This document shows positions 18,734-26,942 of a stretch of 64,000 bases of DNA, one piece after another; the first letter of the stretch is position 1, and each line of letters starts with the position of its first letter. Source of the DNA: Actinomycetota bacterium (GTDB taxonomy: Bacteria > Actinomycetota > Acidimicrobiia > Acidimicrobiales > CADCSY01); the NCBI GenBank assembly GCA_004366205.1, contig SIRW01000090.1, positions 17,055 to 81,054 on the forward strand, in the 5' to 3' direction. The position numbers were made by a program, and so were the translations under genes. The notes below the pieces were generated by a model. It was not told where the DNA came from. It saw only the letters and a list, made by a program, of their open reading frames with translations, and did not search any database.

Positions 18734-18987
18734 CAACACGGAAGGTCACGGTCACGCTCGACGAAGACCAGGTTCACCAGATCCGCGCCCTCGTCGCCGC
18801 CGGCACCGCCGCGAGCATCTCCGGGTTCGTCCAGCACGCCGTAGCGGTCGCGCTCGACGATGTGGCGGGATGGGGCGCCATGCTCGCCAAGGCCCTGCAG
18901 GAGACGGGCGGGCCGCTCACCGACGACGAGCGCGCCTGGGCCGACCGGTTGCTCGCCGCCCCCGCCGATCAGCACCCAGCCGCCTGA
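18730..18987 (+). CDS. Ribbon-helix-helix-type antitoxin (VapB-like)
   Basis: KVTVTL beta-strand plus helices; GPLTDDERAWAD tail; TGATG overlap with the PIN gene. Confidence 0.8.
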   Translation: MATRKVTVTLDEDQVHQIRALVAAGTAASISGFVQHAVAVALDDVAGWGAMLAKALQETGGPLTDDERAWADRLLAAPADQHPAA

Positions 18988-19364
18988 TGGCGGGCGTGAC
19001 GCTCGATGCCGGCGCGCTGATCGCCATCGACCGCAACCACCGACGCATGGTGGCGCTTCTTGCCCGGGCGGCCGAGACGAAGGCACCGGTGACGGTGCCG
19101 GCGTCGGCGCTCGCCCAAGCGATCAGGCGTCCGGAGCGGCAGGTGCGGCTCGCCCGGCTGATCCGACAGCCGGCCACCTCCGTTCGAGCGCTCGATCGGG
19201 TCGATGCGACCAGCATCGGACGCCTGCTCGCTGCGAGCGGATCGACGGACGTGGTCGACGCCCACGTGGTGATCTGCGCTCGACGTGCTGGCCAGCGCGT
19301 CGTCACGTCCGATCCGGACGACCTCCGCGCACTCGATCCAGAGCTCGATCTGACGACCATCTGA
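18987..19364 (+). CDS. PIN domain toxin (VapC-like)
   Basis: TLDAGALIA, DVVDAHV and VTSDPDD motifs; 125 aa. Confidence 0.85.
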   Translation: MAGVTLDAGALIAIDRNHRRMVALLARAAETKAPVTVPASALAQAIRRPERQVRLARLIRQPATSVRALDRVDATSIGRLLAASGSTDVVDAHVVICARRAGQRVVTSDPDDLRALDPELDLTTI

Positions 19365-19416
19365 CCCAGCGCCCGCACACCACCGTGCATGTCCACGGCG
19401 CCGACATCCCGGGGAG

Positions 19417-20892
19417 TCACCCGTCGAGCACGAGCGTGGCGATGGGATCGAGGACGTGGTCGACGATGGCGACGTTGGCGAGGCCGAGCACCAGGAGCCC
19501 CACGGCGAGCACGAGGACGGGCGTGAGGATGCCGGCGCCGGCCTCGGTTGCCTTGGCGACGGCGGGGTCGGGCTCGGGGATCACGTGCACCTGCTCGAAG
19601 ACGCGCAGGAAGTAGCCGAGGGTGAGCAGGCTGCTCACGACGATGACAGCGGCGAGCAGCCACTGGTCCGCCTCGAGGCTGCCGAGCACCAGGTACCACT
19701 TGCTGAAGAACCCCGCCGTCGGGGGCACGCCGATCATCGACAGGGTGGCGACGGTGAACCCGGCCATCGTCCAGGGCATGCGCCGGCCGAGGCCCGCGAA
19801 CCGCCTGATCGACTTCACCCCGGCCTGCTGGATGACGCCGCCGGCCACGAAGAACAGGCACGCCTTCATGAAGGCGTGGTTCACCACGTGCAGCAGCGCG
19901 CCGGCGAGCGCCAGCGGCGTGGCCAGCCCGATGCCGAGGCCGATGTAGCCGATCTGGGCGACGGTGCTGTAGGCGAGCAGCCGCTTGAAGTCGTCCTGGC
20001 GGATCGCCATCACCGAGCCGAACACGACCCCGGCCGCCCCGAACCAAGTGATGATCGTCATGATCGGCAGGTCGGCGAGCACGACCTCGATGCCGAACAC
20101 GGTGAGCAGCACCCGGATGAGCGCGTAGGCCGCCACCTTCACCTGGATGGCGGCGAGCAGGGCGGCGACGGCGGGCGGTGCGTGGCTGTGGGCGTCCGGC
20201 AGCCACACGTGCAGCGGGAACAGCGCCATCTTGATGCCGAGCGCGACGGTGATCAGCACGGCCGCGGCGACGACCGTCGGCGAGCCGGCGATGGGCGGGA
20301 GGCGCTCGGCGGCGTCGGCCATGTTGAGCGTGCCGGTCGTGAAGTACACGAACCCGACGCCGAGCAGGTAGAAGCCCCCGCCGATCGTGGCGAACAGCAG
20401 GTACCGGAAGCTGGCGAGCGCCGCCTTCGGTCCGCCGAGGGCGACGAGCCCGTAGGTCGCGAGGGCGTAGACCTCGAGGAACACGAACAGGTTGAACAGG
20501 TCGCCGGTCATCGCCACGCCGAACAGGCCGGTGAGCAGCAGCAGGGTCAGCGCGTGCACGGGCACGGCGCGCACGGGCTCCTCGCCGTAGCCGGCACGCG
20601 GCGGGTAGAGCACGACGAGCAGGCCGATGAAGGCGATCACCACCGCCAGGAACGCCGAGAGAGGGTCGAGCACGAACTCGATGCCGATCGGCGGCGCCCA
20701 CCCCCCCACGTGGTGGCGGACGCCGCCGTCGTCGAGCACGTGCACCAGCGCGACGGCAGCGACCGCCGTGGCGGCGGCGGTGGCGACGAGAGCGACCGCC
20801 CGGGCCGCCGCCGGGCGCCACAGCCCGCCGAGCGCCGCCAGCATGGCGGCGGTCAGCATGCCCGCGGGGAGGAGGATCGGGAGGTCGTCCAC
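19417..20892 (-). CDS. MrpD-family proton-conducting subunit (second cluster)
   Basis: GGWAPPIGIE, GDLFNLFVFLE, IKMALFPLH, QVKVA and GFFSKW motifs. Confidence 0.9.
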   Translation of the reverse strand: MDDLPILLPAGMLTAAMLAALGGLWRPAAARAVALVATAAATAVAAVALVHVLDDGGVRHHVGGWAPPIGIEFVLDPLSAFLAVVIAFIGLLVVLYPPRAGYGEEPVRAVPVHALTLLLLTGLFGVAMTGDLFNLFVFLEVYALATYGLVALGGPKAALASFRYLLFATIGGGFYLLGVGFVYFTTGTLNMADAAERLPPIAGSPTVVAAAVLITVALGIKMALFPLHVWLPDAHSHAPPAVAALLAAIQVKVAAYALIRVLLTVFGIEVVLADLPIMTIITWFGAAGVVFGSVMAIRQDDFKRLLAYSTVAQIGYIGLGIGLATPLALAGALLHVVNHAFMKACLFFVAGGVIQQAGVKSIRRFAGLGRRMPWTMAGFTVATLSMIGVPPTAGFFSKWYLVLGSLEADQWLLAAVIVVSSLLTLGYFLRVFEQVHVIPEPDPAVAKATEAGAGILTPVLVLAVGLLVLGLANVAIVDHVLDPIATLVLDG

Positions 20893-21261
20893 CTAGGTGT
20901 CCATCCGGCGGGCCAGCTCCTCCTCGTCGAGGGTGCCGTGCGTGCGGTGGATGGAGACGAGCAGGGCGAGCGCGACGCCCTTCACGGCGACGGTGACGAC
21001 GATGGCGGTGAGGATGAGCAGGTGCGGGAGCGGGTTCATGTACGCCGCGGCCTCGACGCCGATCTCGGGGTCGATCACCGGCACGGTGCCGTCGGCCTTG
21101 ACGCTGCCCTCGATGAAGAAGATGAACACGGCGGTGTTGAAGATGGCGAGCCCGATGAGCTTCTGCACGAGGTTGCGCTCGACGAGCACAGCGGTGAGCC
21201 CGACGGCGAGCAGGGCGACGACCAGCAGGTAGACGTAGCGGGCCTCGACGAGCTCGAGCAC
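20893..21261 (-). CDS. MrpC-family subunit (second cluster)
   Basis: NLVQKLIGL..NPLPHLLILTAIVV motif. Confidence 0.88.
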   Translation of the reverse strand: MLELVEARYVYLLVVALLAVGLTAVLVERNLVQKLIGLAIFNTAVFIFFIEGSVKADGTVPVIDPEIGVEAAAYMNPLPHLLILTAIVVTVAVKGVALALLVSIHRTHGTLDEEELARRMDT

Positions 21262-21695
21262 TACAGCCTCCGGCCCACGAGCGAGTCGAAGATCCACAGC
21301 AGGGCCCCGAACACGGCGAGGCCGATGGCCACCTCGGCGACGAGGATGCCCAGGTAGCGGAGCCGGCTGGGTTCGAGGTCGGTCCCGGGGACGGCCGCGT
21401 AGTCGAGGAACGCGCCGCCGGTGACGAGCGGCAGCAGGCCCAGGGCCACGAAGGCGAACATCCCGACGAGCATGGCGACGGGCCCCACGAGCAGCGGGAA
21501 GCGGCGGTAGCTCTCCTCCTCGCCGACGGTGATGCGCAGCAGGGCGACGCCGACGGTGAGGATGACGCCACCGGCGAACCCGCCGCCGGGCCCGTAGTGG
21601 CCGTGGGCGATCACGTAGATGCCGAACACGAGCACGAACGGCACGAAGAGCGAGCCGATGACCCGAACGACGACGCTGTCGTGGTGGCCGATCAC
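21261..21695 (-). CDS. MrpB-family subunit (second cluster)
   Basis: HGHYGPGGGFAGG and EVAIG motifs. Confidence 0.88.
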   Translation of the reverse strand: MIGHHDSVVVRVIGSLFVPFVLVFGIYVIAHGHYGPGGGFAGGVILTVGVALLRITVGEEESYRRFPLLVGPVAMLVGMFAFVALGLLPLVTGGAFLDYAAVPGTDLEPSRLRYLGILVAEVAIGLAVFGALLWIFDSLVGRRL

Positions 21696-22225
21696 GACTC
21701 GGGCCTCCGGCGGGCGAGCACCACGACGACGGCCAGCGCCGCGGTCACGACGACGAGGGTCTCGCCCAGCGTGTCGAGCGAGCGGTAGTCGGCGAGCACG
21801 GCGGTGACGACGTTGGGCGTCTCGGTGTCGGCGAGCGACCGCTCCAGGTAGTAGGGCGCGACGTGCTGGTGGGCGGGGGCGTCGGGGTCGCCCCGGTCGG
21901 GCAGGTCGCTGCTGGCGAACAGCATGAGCAGCACGAAGGCGCCGACCAGCGGGAAGGCGACCCACGCGGCGCGGCGGCTCATGCCTTCGCCGGCCCGGCC
22001 GGTGACCGTGACGGCCGCCAGCAGCACGACGCCGACGAACGCCGATCCGAGCACGGTCTCGACGAAGGCCACGTCGACCGCGCCCATCCCGGCGAAGAGC
22101 AGGGCGGCGAAGAGGCTGAACACGGCGAGCATGGCCACGGTCGCGACGAGGTCGCGGATCTTCACCGCCAGCACGGCGCTGGCCAGCAGGGCGACGAGCA
22201 GGAGGAGGTCGACCTGCCAGATCAC
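21692..22225 (-). CDS. MrpB-related/DUF4040-MbhE-like subunit (homologous to the MrpA C-terminal part)
   Basis: AVDVAFVE..G and PNVVTAVLADYRSLDTLGE motifs. Confidence 0.85.
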   Translation of the reverse strand: MIWQVDLLLLVALLASAVLAVKIRDLVATVAMLAVFSLFAALLFAGMGAVDVAFVETVLGSAFVGVVLLAAVTVTGRAGEGMSRRAAWVAFPLVGAFVLLMLFASSDLPDRGDPDAPAHQHVAPYYLERSLADTETPNVVTAVLADYRSLDTLGETLVVVTAALAVVVVLARRRPES

Positions 22226-22524
22226 GGCGGGGTCTCCGAGAGCGGGCGGTGCCCGGACCGCATGGCAGCCCGGGCCACGGCGTGCATGGCGGTGGCGTTG
22301 GCGATCAGGGCGAAGAAGGCGATGAACAGCAGGCGGGGCGTTGCGGCGGCCAGTCCGTGGTGCACGGCCAAGCCGAGGACGACGAGGAACAGCCCGAGGG
22401 TCTCGGACTTGGCCACGGCGTGGGCCCGGGTGAAGAAGTCGGGAAGGCGGATCGACCCGATGGCGCTCACGGTGAGGAAGGCGGTGCCCACCACGAGCAG
22501 ACCGGCGGCGACGGCGGTGCTCAC
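22222..22524 (-). CDS. MrpG-family subunit (second cluster)
   Basis: RLPDFFTRAHA..K.ETLG motif. Confidence 0.88.
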   Translation of the reverse strand: MSTAVAAGLLVVGTAFLTVSAIGSIRLPDFFTRAHAVAKSETLGLFLVVLGLAVHHGLAAATPRLLFIAFFALIANATAMHAVARAAMRSGHRPLSETPP

Positions 22525-22787
22525 TCCCCGCCCTCCTCCTCAAGGTGCTTGGCGAAGGCGACCGGGAACAGGAACGCCAAGAGCGCGTAGGCCAGGGCCA
22601 GGTCGACGAACATGTCGACCCGGTCATAGACGAGCCCGAGCACGAGCAGCAGCACCACGCTGTTGGCGGCGGCCAGGGCGACGCCGAGGAGGCGGTCGGG
22701 CGTGGTCGGCCCGATGGCGGCCCGGGAGAGGGCGACCAGCACGAGGACGGCGATGACGGCCGCCACGGCGACGAGCAGCGTGGTCAC
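22521..22787 (-). CDS. MrpF-family subunit (second cluster)
   Basis: GPTTPDRLL..DLALAYALL motif. Confidence 0.85.
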   Translation of the reverse strand: MTTLLVAVAAVIAVLVLVALSRAAIGPTTPDRLLGVALAAANSVVLLLVLGLVYDRVDMFVDLALAYALLAFLFPVAFAKHLEEEGGE

Positions 22788-23359
22788 CCGGGGGCCTCCT
22801 CGGTGCCCTCCTCGGGGGCCTCGATGACGACCGGCGTGCCGGGTTCTTCGAGGAAGATGGCGCCGACCCGCCGGAACAGCGTGCCGTTGAGCACGTCGGC
22901 GCCCGCGCGGGGCGAGAACATGTGGAAGGTGAACACGTCGTCCTCGACGTCGATGGTGACCGTGCCGGGGATGAGCGTGATGGTGTTGGCGGCGATGGTC
23001 CGGGCGATCGGGCTCTTGAGCCCCACCCGCACCCGGGCCGAGGTCGGCTCGATGGGCATGGTGGGGCTGAGCACGACGACGGCGATCTGCACGCTGGCGG
23101 CGACGATCCGGGTGATGAGCCAACCCAGGTAGGCCACGGCGTTCCACGCGCAGCGCGGCAGGCGCCGGACCGGGATGGCGGCGGGGTGCATCACGCCGGT
23201 GGTCATGTCGAGGGTCAGCGCGGTCGACACGGCCGCCGCCATGACGCCCATGGCGACGAACAACGGGTCGGTCCGCCCGGAGAGCAGGAGCCAGAACCCC
23301 AACAGCGCGAGGAACTGGAGGGGGATGGCGGTGGGGTGGCGGACGTCGGGGGACCTCAC
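22784..23359 (-). CDS. MrpE-family subunit (second cluster)
   Basis: FWLLLSG..ANTITLIPGT..H motif. Confidence 0.87.
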   Translation of the reverse strand: MRSPDVRHPTAIPLQFLALLGFWLLLSGRTDPLFVAMGVMAAAVSTALTLDMTTGVMHPAAIPVRRLPRCAWNAVAYLGWLITRIVAASVQIAVVVLSPTMPIEPTSARVRVGLKSPIARTIAANTITLIPGTVTIDVEDDVFTFHMFSPRAGADVLNGTLFRRVGAIFLEEPGTPVVIEAPEEGTEEAPG

Positions 23360-25053
23360 GGCAGCAGGCTCACGGTCAGGGTGGCGACGAAGGTCCCCAG
23401 CACGACGGCGCCGAGCACCCACGTCGGGGTGAGGCCGCGGGGGGCGGCCGCACCGGAGCCGGTGCGGGCAACCCGTCGCCGCTCGGGCAGCGCCCGGAGC
23501 CGCTCGACCACCTGCCGCCAGCCGGCGGGCTCGGCGCCGATCCGGCGCCGGGGAGCCAGGCGGGCGAGGCGGGGCGGCAGGTCCCGGTAGAACCAGTCGG
23601 TGTCAACGGTGACCACGGCCTTCCCGGCCAGGTGCGGGCGCAGCAGCCAGAACCCGACGGCGGTGAAGGCGAGCAGGTTCACGGCGTCGGTGACCCGGGC
23701 GAGCGTGTAGGGCTCGAACACCACCTCGTGGGGCAGGTGGTCGTACAGCAGCGGCCCGGGGGCGAGGCCGATGGCGACGTTGATGCCGGCGAGGACGATC
23801 ATGGCGACGTACATGCTGGTGGGCAAAGCCCGGACGGGCACATCGGGCCCGGCGGGCCGCGGTCCGAACCACGTGTAGTACGGGAGCTTGAGCGCGGTCG
23901 ACAGGAACGTGCCGATCGACGCCAGCTTCAGCAGCCACACGACCGCCTGGTAGTCGGCCTCGTAGGCGGCGTGCACCACCATCTCCTTGCTGGGGAAGCC
24001 GCTCAGCAGGGGCACGCCCGAGATCGAGAACGCCGCGACCACATAGACGGCGAGCACCACGGGCATGGCCCGCGCCAGACCACCCAGGTCGGTGAGCCGG
24101 CTGCGACCCGTGGCCTGCAGCACCGCGCCGGTGCCCATCAGCAGCAGCCCTTTGTAGAGGATGTGGGCGAAGGCGTGGGCCGTGGCGGCGTTCACGGCCG
24201 TCTCGGTGCCGATGCCAATGGCGGCCACCATGAAGCCGACCTGGCTGACGATGTGGTACGCCAGCAGCCGCCGGATGTCGTTCTGCATCATGGCGTAGAC
24301 GACGCCGTAGAGGGCCATGGCGACGCCGGCCCACACGAGCAGCTCGGTGCCCGGGAACCCGCGGGCCAGCGCGTAGACGGCCGCCTTGGTGGTGAAGGCG
24401 CTCAGGAACACGGTGCCCGCCACCGTGGCCTCGGGGTAGGAGTCGGCCAGCCAGCTGTGCAGCGGCGGCACGGCGGCGGTCAGCACGAACCCGACGAGGA
24501 CGAGCGCCGCCGCCCCGCCCATCTCGAAGGCTCCGAAGGTCAGCGAGCCCGTGCCGGCGTACCACCAGAGGATCCCGCCGAGCAGGACGATGCCGCCGGT
24601 GAGGTGCACGAAGAGGTAGCGGGTGCCGGCGCTCTGCGACCGGGCGGTGCCCCGGGCCCAGATCAGCACGACCGAGGTGACCACCTTGAGCTCCCAGAAC
24701 ACGAAGAGCGTGAGCAGGTCGCCCGCGTAGACGATGCCGAGGGCGCTGCCGGCGTAGAGCAGGCCGGCGACCTGCTGGGCCGGGTCGGTGATGCGCAGGC
24801 CGAAGACGGCGAACAGGATCGCCGCCAGGGCGAACACGTAGGCGAAGGCCTGGGACAGGCGGTCGACGCGCAGGGGCTCGAGCTCGAGGCCGTAGAACGT
24901 CCAGGTGACGGACGTCCCGGGCTCGACCTGCCACACGGCCACCGCCGCGAGCAGCGGCACAGCGACGAAGCTCGCGGCCCGCAGGCGCGCCGGGGCCACG
25001 GCGACCACGAGGGCGCCGGCCAGGAGCACGACCGCCGGCGTCAGCTCAGGCAC
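23356..25053 (-). CDS. MrpD-like subunit with MrpA/NuoL-like C-terminal extension (second cluster)
   Basis: DLLTLFVFWE, PPLHSWL.DSYPEAT, FTTK, SQVGFM and DTDWFYR motifs. Confidence 0.88.
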   Translation of the reverse strand: MPELTPAVVLLAGALVVAVAPARLRAASFVAVPLLAAVAVWQVEPGTSVTWTFYGLELEPLRVDRLSQAFAYVFALAAILFAVFGLRITDPAQQVAGLLYAGSALGIVYAGDLLTLFVFWELKVVTSVVLIWARGTARSQSAGTRYLFVHLTGGIVLLGGILWWYAGTGSLTFGAFEMGGAAALVLVGFVLTAAVPPLHSWLADSYPEATVAGTVFLSAFTTKAAVYALARGFPGTELLVWAGVAMALYGVVYAMMQNDIRRLLAYHIVSQVGFMVAAIGIGTETAVNAATAHAFAHILYKGLLLMGTGAVLQATGRSRLTDLGGLARAMPVVLAVYVVAAFSISGVPLLSGFPSKEMVVHAAYEADYQAVVWLLKLASIGTFLSTALKLPYYTWFGPRPAGPDVPVRALPTSMYVAMIVLAGINVAIGLAPGPLLYDHLPHEVVFEPYTLARVTDAVNLLAFTAVGFWLLRPHLAGKAVVTVDTDWFYRDLPPRLARLAPRRRIGAEPAGWRQVVERLRALPERRRVARTGSGAAAPRGLTPTWVLGAVVLGTFVATLTVSLLP

Positions 25054-25318
25054 GACCCTCGTCCCCTCGGCCCGCAGCCGGTTCGACGCCCGCGGCGGCG
25101 GTTCCCGCCCGAGCGGAGGCACCGGCGGGCGGCTCGGGGTCGGACCGGGTCAGACCGAGCCGTCCGAACACCTTGCCGACCATGGCGTAGGCGGCGCAGC
25201 CCACCAACCCGAACACCGGGATGACACCCGGCAGGCTCACCCCCGTGACCAGCCACTCGAACAGGCCGGCGCCGGCGAGAGCGGCCACGACGAGGCCGGC
25301 GACCGCGGCGCGGCTCAC
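25046..25318 (-). CDS. Small two-TM accessory protein in the second Mrp cluster
   Basis: Overlaps both neighbours; PG..FGLVGC..K motif. Confidence 0.7.
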   Translation of the reverse strand: MSRAAVAGLVVAALAGAGLFEWLVTGVSLPGVIPVFGLVGCAAYAMVGKVFGRLGLTRSDPEPPAGASARAGTAAAGVEPAAGRGDEGRA

Positions 25319-26868
25319 CGCCCGCCTCCGGTGACGGCCGCGGCGACGGCGTCGGCCAGGGTGCCCACGCCGAACAGGTCGCCGAACCCGAGCAGCAGCG
25401 CGAGGAGGGCCGTCACCGCCAACGGGACGACGAGCAGCGGGCGGGCCTCGCGCTCGGGGAACTCGAGGTGCCCGTGGTGGTCGTGGTCACCCGAGTCGTG
25501 GCCGGCCCCGTGCCCGTTTCCGGGCAGGGCCATGGCTTCGAGGGGCTTCCGGTAAAAGGCGCGCACCACGATCGGCAGCAGGTAGCCGGCGGTCAGCAGG
25601 CCGCTGCCCAGCAGCACGGCGGCGAACGCCCACTCGCCGGCGTCGATGGCGCCCGCGCCCAGGAACCACTTGCTCACGAACCCGCCCACCGGCGGCACCC
25701 CGGCCAGGCCGAGCGAGGCCACGGCGAAGGCCGCCATGGTCACCGGCATCCTCCGGCCCACGCCGTCGAGCTGGCTCACGTGGTCGAGGTGGGCGTGAGC
25801 GTGGAGGGTCCCGGCGCAGAAGAACAGGGTGATCTTCAGTGCGGCGTGGTTCGTGATGTGCAGGAACGCTCCCGCCCAGGCGTCGGGCGCGACGAGGCAC
25901 AGGCCCAGCACGATGATCGACAGGTGGGCGACGGTCGAGTAGGCCAGCCGCCGCTTGAGGTTGTCCTGCCGGAACGCCAGCAGCGACGCCACCACGATCG
26001 TGACGGCGGCGAAGGTGGCCAGCACGGTGGCGGCACCGACGTCGACCAGGGTCTCGGGCCCGATCACCCAGCCGATGGCCCGGGCGAATCCGAACACGCC
26101 GGCCTTCACGACGGCGACGGCGTGGAGCAGGGCGCTGACGGGGGTCGGCGCCACCATGGCCGAGGGCAGCCAGCCGTGCAGGGGCATCACCGCCCCCTTG
26201 GTGCCGAACGCCAGAGCGAAGAGCAGCGCCAGCCCGACGATCGCCGGCGAGCTGACCTCACCGGCGAGGAAGCCGCCAGGGGTGAAGTCGTGCCCGGGTG
26301 CGAGCGCCTGCACGGCCGCGGTGGCGAAGAGGAGGGCCACCCCGCCGCCGAGCAGGTAGCCGAGGTACTTGCGCCCGGCGGCGCGCGCCTCGTCGGTCTC
26401 GGCGTGGGCGACCAGGAAGTAGGTGGCGGCGGTGAGCAGCTCGTAGAAGACGAAGAACGTGACGAGGTTGGCGGCGAGCGCGAGCCCGATCGTCGCCGAC
26501 AGGCACAGGGCGAAGGACGCGAAGTAGCGGGTCTGGCGGCGCTCGTCGAGGCTGCGCACGTAGCCGATCGAGTACACCGACGTGATCAGCCAGAGCACGC
26601 TGGCGGACAGGGCGAACACCATGCCGGCGGCATCGGCGCGCAGCGCCAGGTCCACGCCCGCCACGATCGGGAAGAGGGTGACCTCGGGCTCGTCGCCGTC
26701 GAGCACGGGTCCGAGCAGCGCCAGGACGACCGCGAGCTTCACCAGGGCGGCGAGCAGCGTCCAGCCCTCGCGCAGGTTCGGCCAGCGGCGGGAGAGGCCG
26801 ATGAGCACCGCGGCCACGGGCGACACCACCACGGCCACGACCAGCAGCGTCGAGGGGGTGAGGGGCAT
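25315..26868 (-). CDS. MrpD-family subunit with MrpA-type His motif (second cluster)
   Basis: FFVFYE, KGAVMPLHGWLP, VSALLHAVAVVKAG and GFVSKW; His-rich C-terminal loop. Confidence 0.9.
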   Translation of the reverse strand: MPLTPSTLLVVAVVVSPVAAVLIGLSRRWPNLREGWTLLAALVKLAVVLALLGPVLDGDEPEVTLFPIVAGVDLALRADAAGMVFALSASVLWLITSVYSIGYVRSLDERRQTRYFASFALCLSATIGLALAANLVTFFVFYELLTAATYFLVAHAETDEARAAGRKYLGYLLGGGVALLFATAAVQALAPGHDFTPGGFLAGEVSSPAIVGLALLFALAFGTKGAVMPLHGWLPSAMVAPTPVSALLHAVAVVKAGVFGFARAIGWVIGPETLVDVGAATVLATFAAVTIVVASLLAFRQDNLKRRLAYSTVAHLSIIVLGLCLVAPDAWAGAFLHITNHAALKITLFFCAGTLHAHAHLDHVSQLDGVGRRMPVTMAAFAVASLGLAGVPPVGGFVSKWFLGAGAIDAGEWAFAAVLLGSGLLTAGYLLPIVVRAFYRKPLEAMALPGNGHGAGHDSGDHDHHGHLEFPEREARPLLVVPLAVTALLALLLGFGDLFGVGTLADAVAAAVTGGGR

Positions 26869-26942
26869 GCCGGGGGCCTGGGAGGCAGCGGGGTCGGGGG
26901 CGGGGACGGGACTCGGTCGGGGGTGAGGCTAGTCGGGGCCGC

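Noticed and set aside
19417-26868. Membrane-bound hydrogenase or complex I operon
   Set aside because: No NiFe, Fe-S or NuoB/C/D/H/I subunits nearby; only antiporter-type subunits
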